From: a virus
Taxonomy: Duplodnaviria > Caudoviricetes
Direction: 5' to 3' (one strand)
Virus record (IMG/VR): IMGVR_UViG_3300049491_000539
Coordinates: 1 to 56,874 of that record
Length of the DNA: 56,874 nt
The notes under the pieces were generated by a model. That model saw only the letters and a list, made by a program, of their open reading frames with translations. It searched no databases and was not told the origin of the DNA. Each line of letters opens with the position of its first letter. The stretch's first letter is position 1. Position numbers and translations under genes: made by a program. This document shows, piece after piece, positions 54,326-56,874 of this stretch.

Positions 54326-54465
54326 GACGTTTGGTCCTTAAGCTCAGACTTAAATTCAATAATCGCCTCTCTTTTTGTGTAGAAAAAATATTGACGGGTG
54401 AACAAATAACCATTGATCACAGTGGAAATCCGCCAAGCACCTTGTGAAGTCTTTTCAATAGTCAT
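54322..54465 (-). CDS. Hypothetical small early protein
   Basis: GGAGA RBS; MTIEKT.QGAWRIS..INGYL.TRQYF.YTKREAI. Confidence 0.6.
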   Translation of the reverse strand: MTIEKTSQGAWRISTVINGYLFTRQYFFYTKREAIIEFKSELKDQTS

Positions 54466-55267
54466 GATGCGTGTCTCCAAAAAGGTCCAGCGTTTGCGGA
54501 CAAAGAGGAAGCGGCGCGACGTAGCCAGGATCATTGAATTTCAAATCCTGCACAAGCAATTCGCGCCGCTCGCAACGCTTTTGCTCATATACTTTCCAAT
54601 CGACGGCGCTTTCCCATTCTTGTGACAATCCATCTGGATAGTCCTGATAGATGTTCATTTCCAAGTCTTTAGGATCGTCACCAGCTTGTGTCATGACAAT
54701 CTCAATGACGGCTAAAAGCAACGTTCCAACTTCGTTATGATCCCATTGCCGCAAAGGCTTGCGAAGGAATTCCGAAACTTCATTTGAGTAGGATGAAATG
54801 AAGCCGTCATAAGACGTGAAGCGACCTTTGATAGTGTCGCGCAACACGTCATGATCGTTCGCCATGGAAATAGCAAAAAGCCGCTTCACGTCGGCAAGGC
54901 TGATTTTGCAGAAAATTCTATCAGTGCTGAAATTGTATTCACGCGGCGAGTCCAGCACTTCAAACTTCAAGGATTTCAAATCAAGCTGGTATTCGTCTTT
55001 CAACTGATATCGGAACACGTCGACGTAACCCTTGGCGACGGCAACACTTGCTGCCTGATAGTTCGTCACGTCAAACAGGATTTTATGTAGAGTTGACTCG
55101 TCAAGGCGTAATTCGACTGGTTGCTTCATTTCGTCGGAATAGTCGTTTGACTCGTCAAGCTCCCATTCCACATGACGGTTAGCGTTTTCGTCTAGTTCTG
55201 AATCCCATATTGAACCGTAAAAGCCGGAAAACGGGATTGTTGTTTCAAGGATGATAGGCTTGGACAT
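54455..55267 (-). CDS. Hypothetical acidic early protein
   Basis: IPFSGFY, SPREYNFSTDRIF, TSYDGFISSY motifs; ends QTLDLFG. Confidence 0.75.
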   Translation of the reverse strand: MSKPIILETTIPFSGFYGSIWDSELDENANRHVEWELDESNDYSDEMKQPVELRLDESTLHKILFDVTNYQAASVAVAKGYVDVFRYQLKDEYQLDLKSLKFEVLDSPREYNFSTDRIFCKISLADVKRLFAISMANDHDVLRDTIKGRFTSYDGFISSYSNEVSEFLRKPLRQWDHNEVGTLLLAVIEIVMTQAGDDPKDLEMNIYQDYPDGLSQEWESAVDWKVYEQKRCERRELLVQDLKFNDPGYVAPLPLCPQTLDLFGDTHHDY

Positions 55268-55300
55268 TGTTGAATTCTCACTAAAAAGTTGAATTATAGG

Positions 55301-55753
55301 TCAAAAGCAACAACGCGGACAGTGTTGATTACCGCTGAAATACTTTATTGCCTCATTCCAGATTTCACGATGCACGTCGTCAGGTAGACGTTCTGACTCG
55401 TCAATTTCATCGTCGACGTCTATGCTGATTTCAACGGTCTCAGAAACACGGTCCCCATAGGACTCATGGTCAATGAAACCGAAATAGGTATCGTCAACTG
55501 ACTCGTATTCCCATTCACCATTGCGGTCTATAAACTCGTTAAGTGCATCATCTTTTCCATCTTTGGCGATAAACAGATTCTGCAAACCATGTGCGAACGA
55601 TGATGCTTGAACGCTGCATAGGTGAGTAGTTTCGCCTTTCATCACAAGATACAACCCGAAAGCTTTCTCAGTGTGCGGGGGAAGCTCACCATAGAATTCA
55701 GTCTCATTGTTGGCGAAAGTGAAAAATTCCCGTGTAACTGTTGTCATGATCAT
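55301..55753 (-). CDS. Hypothetical acidic early protein
   Basis: GAGGG RBS; 150-aa ORF in operon. Confidence 0.65.
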   Translation of the reverse strand: MIMTTVTREFFTFANNETEFYGELPPHTEKAFGLYLVMKGETTHLCSVQASSFAHGLQNLFIAKDGKDDALNEFIDRNGEWEYESVDDTYFGFIDHESYGDRVSETVEISIDVDDEIDESERLPDDVHREIWNEAIKYFSGNQHCPRCCF

Positions 55754-55757
55754 TCCC

Positions 55758-56408
55758 TCAAATCAGTTCCACACGCTCAGCCCAAAGCCAAGCTGCATTC
55801 CACAAGTCACAATCCTCTTGTGACGGTATGACGTTCTCGCGTCCTTTGACCTTCCGGAAAGCGTCGGCCATGAACACGTTAGCATCGCAGAAATCGTTTG
55901 CGCTAAGATTGGGCTTAGCGAGCTTCATAACTTCAAACTTCTCAGAACCTAGATAGTTCAAAAGCAAGTTGGCGAACTCGAACGCGATAGCCTGAATCTC
56001 AGCAATACCGTTCAATGTGAAAGATGAATCATTCCCCACAAAAGTATGCAGAACGTTCCGATAGAGATCGCCGCGCCAATCGTTGAAAGCAGGTCCGGTA
56101 AGCTCATTCTGCATTACCCCATAATAGTGGATTAGAGCCTCAGCTAGGCTGTCTGTTGTGCAACATGTCTCAGGGTAGCAACATGTCTCAGGGTAGCGAG
56201 AGAGTATGAACCGTCCTTGCGCGTCATCATTGTTGTCAACAGCGCGTAAGTCAGGGTTCTTGTGCTGACACCATAGAATCCAGCCTTTATTATCTCCACC
56301 TATGGGCAAGAGAGCGGGTGAGCCGTCATTGTGCCACGATGAGTCAGTGAAGCCGTGAAGCACGGGCAGAATATAGTCAAAGTCTGGAAACTCAGTGCGA
56401 TAGGTCAT
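55758..56408 (-). CDS. Hypothetical early protein
   Basis: YRTEFPDF, DSSWHND, DFCDAN.FM..AF; internal YPETCC duplication. Confidence 0.7.
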   Translation of the reverse strand: MTYRTEFPDFDYILPVLHGFTDSSWHNDGSPALLPIGGDNKGWILWCQHKNPDLRAVDNNDDAQGRFILSRYPETCCYPETCCTTDSLAEALIHYYGVMQNELTGPAFNDWRGDLYRNVLHTFVGNDSSFTLNGIAEIQAIAFEFANLLLNYLGSEKFEVMKLAKPNLSANDFCDANVFMADAFRKVKGRENVIPSQEDCDLWNAAWLWAERVELI

Positions 56409-56557
56409 GATGTGTGAGCCTTCCTGTAGAGCGCGACCAGTGCAGCGCCAGCGGACGTCGACGCGACTGTAACTAACTTAGCCTTCACCCGCTCACGGAT
56501 GATTGCGCGTATTAGGGCGTCCACATCGAAGCTTAATAGGGGTTGATTGCTAGTCAT
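56405..56557 (-). CDS. Hypothetical 50-aa first gene of the early operon (not in the ORF track)
   Basis: AAGGA RBS; ATGA coupling to 56408. Confidence 0.5.
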   Translation of the reverse strand: MTSNQPLLSFDVDALIRAIIRERVKAKLVTVASTSAGAALVALYRKAHTS

Positions 56558-56579
56558 TATGTGAGTCCTTGTGTCTGTT

Positions 56580-56621
56580 TACACCCTACATTCTATAGGT
56601 GATTTGTCAACAAATAGTTGA
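56580..56621 (-). promoter_or_regulatory. Leftward early promoter with overlapping operator
   Basis: Minus strand TCAACTATTTGTTGACA, identical to the + strand site at 3225-3241. Confidence 0.7.
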
Positions 56622-56851
56622 TTTTATTATCGGTTATTTGAAAGAAAAGTGACTTCATTTGAGGGTGAGCGGATAGCCGTGTTGACGGGTGGCAGGGTGT
56701 ATATGTGGCCTATGTTGAGCCGTGCATCACACCACCAGGGTGATACGTATTGAGACTTAATGAGACGCCGTTAGTCAGCGTCATACATCATAACATTAGC
56801 AGAGACTTAGTGAGCCTGTATGAGACGGCTTCACTGTGTGCGGGTGGCTCC

Positions 56852-56858
56852 GGGTCCT
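56852..56858 (+). other. cosQ-like packaging termination site
   Basis: GGGTCCT (in CGGGTCCTTCC), 16 nt from the window end; matches lambda cosQ and fits the GpA-type terminase. Confidence 0.65.
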
Positions 56859-56874
56859 TCCCAGCGTTTGTTCC

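Overview
The window looks like an essentially complete, linear, cos-type temperate siphophage of an alphaproteobacterium (probably Rhizobiales). Gene order is Chi/Nazgul-like. From the left: a repeat-rich putative origin, primase, Cro-like HTH, Cas4-like nuclease, SSB, a family B DNA polymerase split in two by an HNH-AP2 endonuclease, VRR-NUC and an SNF2 helicase. Next comes a lysogeny block (repressor, C5 methyltransferase, attP resembling a tRNA-Arg 3' end, tyrosine integrase, AlpA-type Xis), then lambda-like terminase, portal and capsid genes, a long tail module and a lysis cassette. The leftward early arm carries an N6/N4 methyltransferase, GapR, an HD hydrolase, GcrA, a MazG-like gene, a ligase/ParB deletion scar and many hypotheticals, and ends at a lambda cosQ-like site. 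The most striking items are: (1) a polymerase split at the fingers tip with complementary coiled-coil tails; (2) a probable methyltransferase beta subunit encoded in an alternative frame inside the C5 MTase; (3) a GTA TIM-barrel domain inserted into the tail hub protein; (4) two genome-wide DNA motif systems (TCAAC-N5-GTTGA palindromes and 10-bp-phased TGAGAC arrays); (5) a shared acidic EFDDL peptide motif; and (6) a candidate T-loop small RNA. All family assignments come from motif recognition by eye; no database searches were run.
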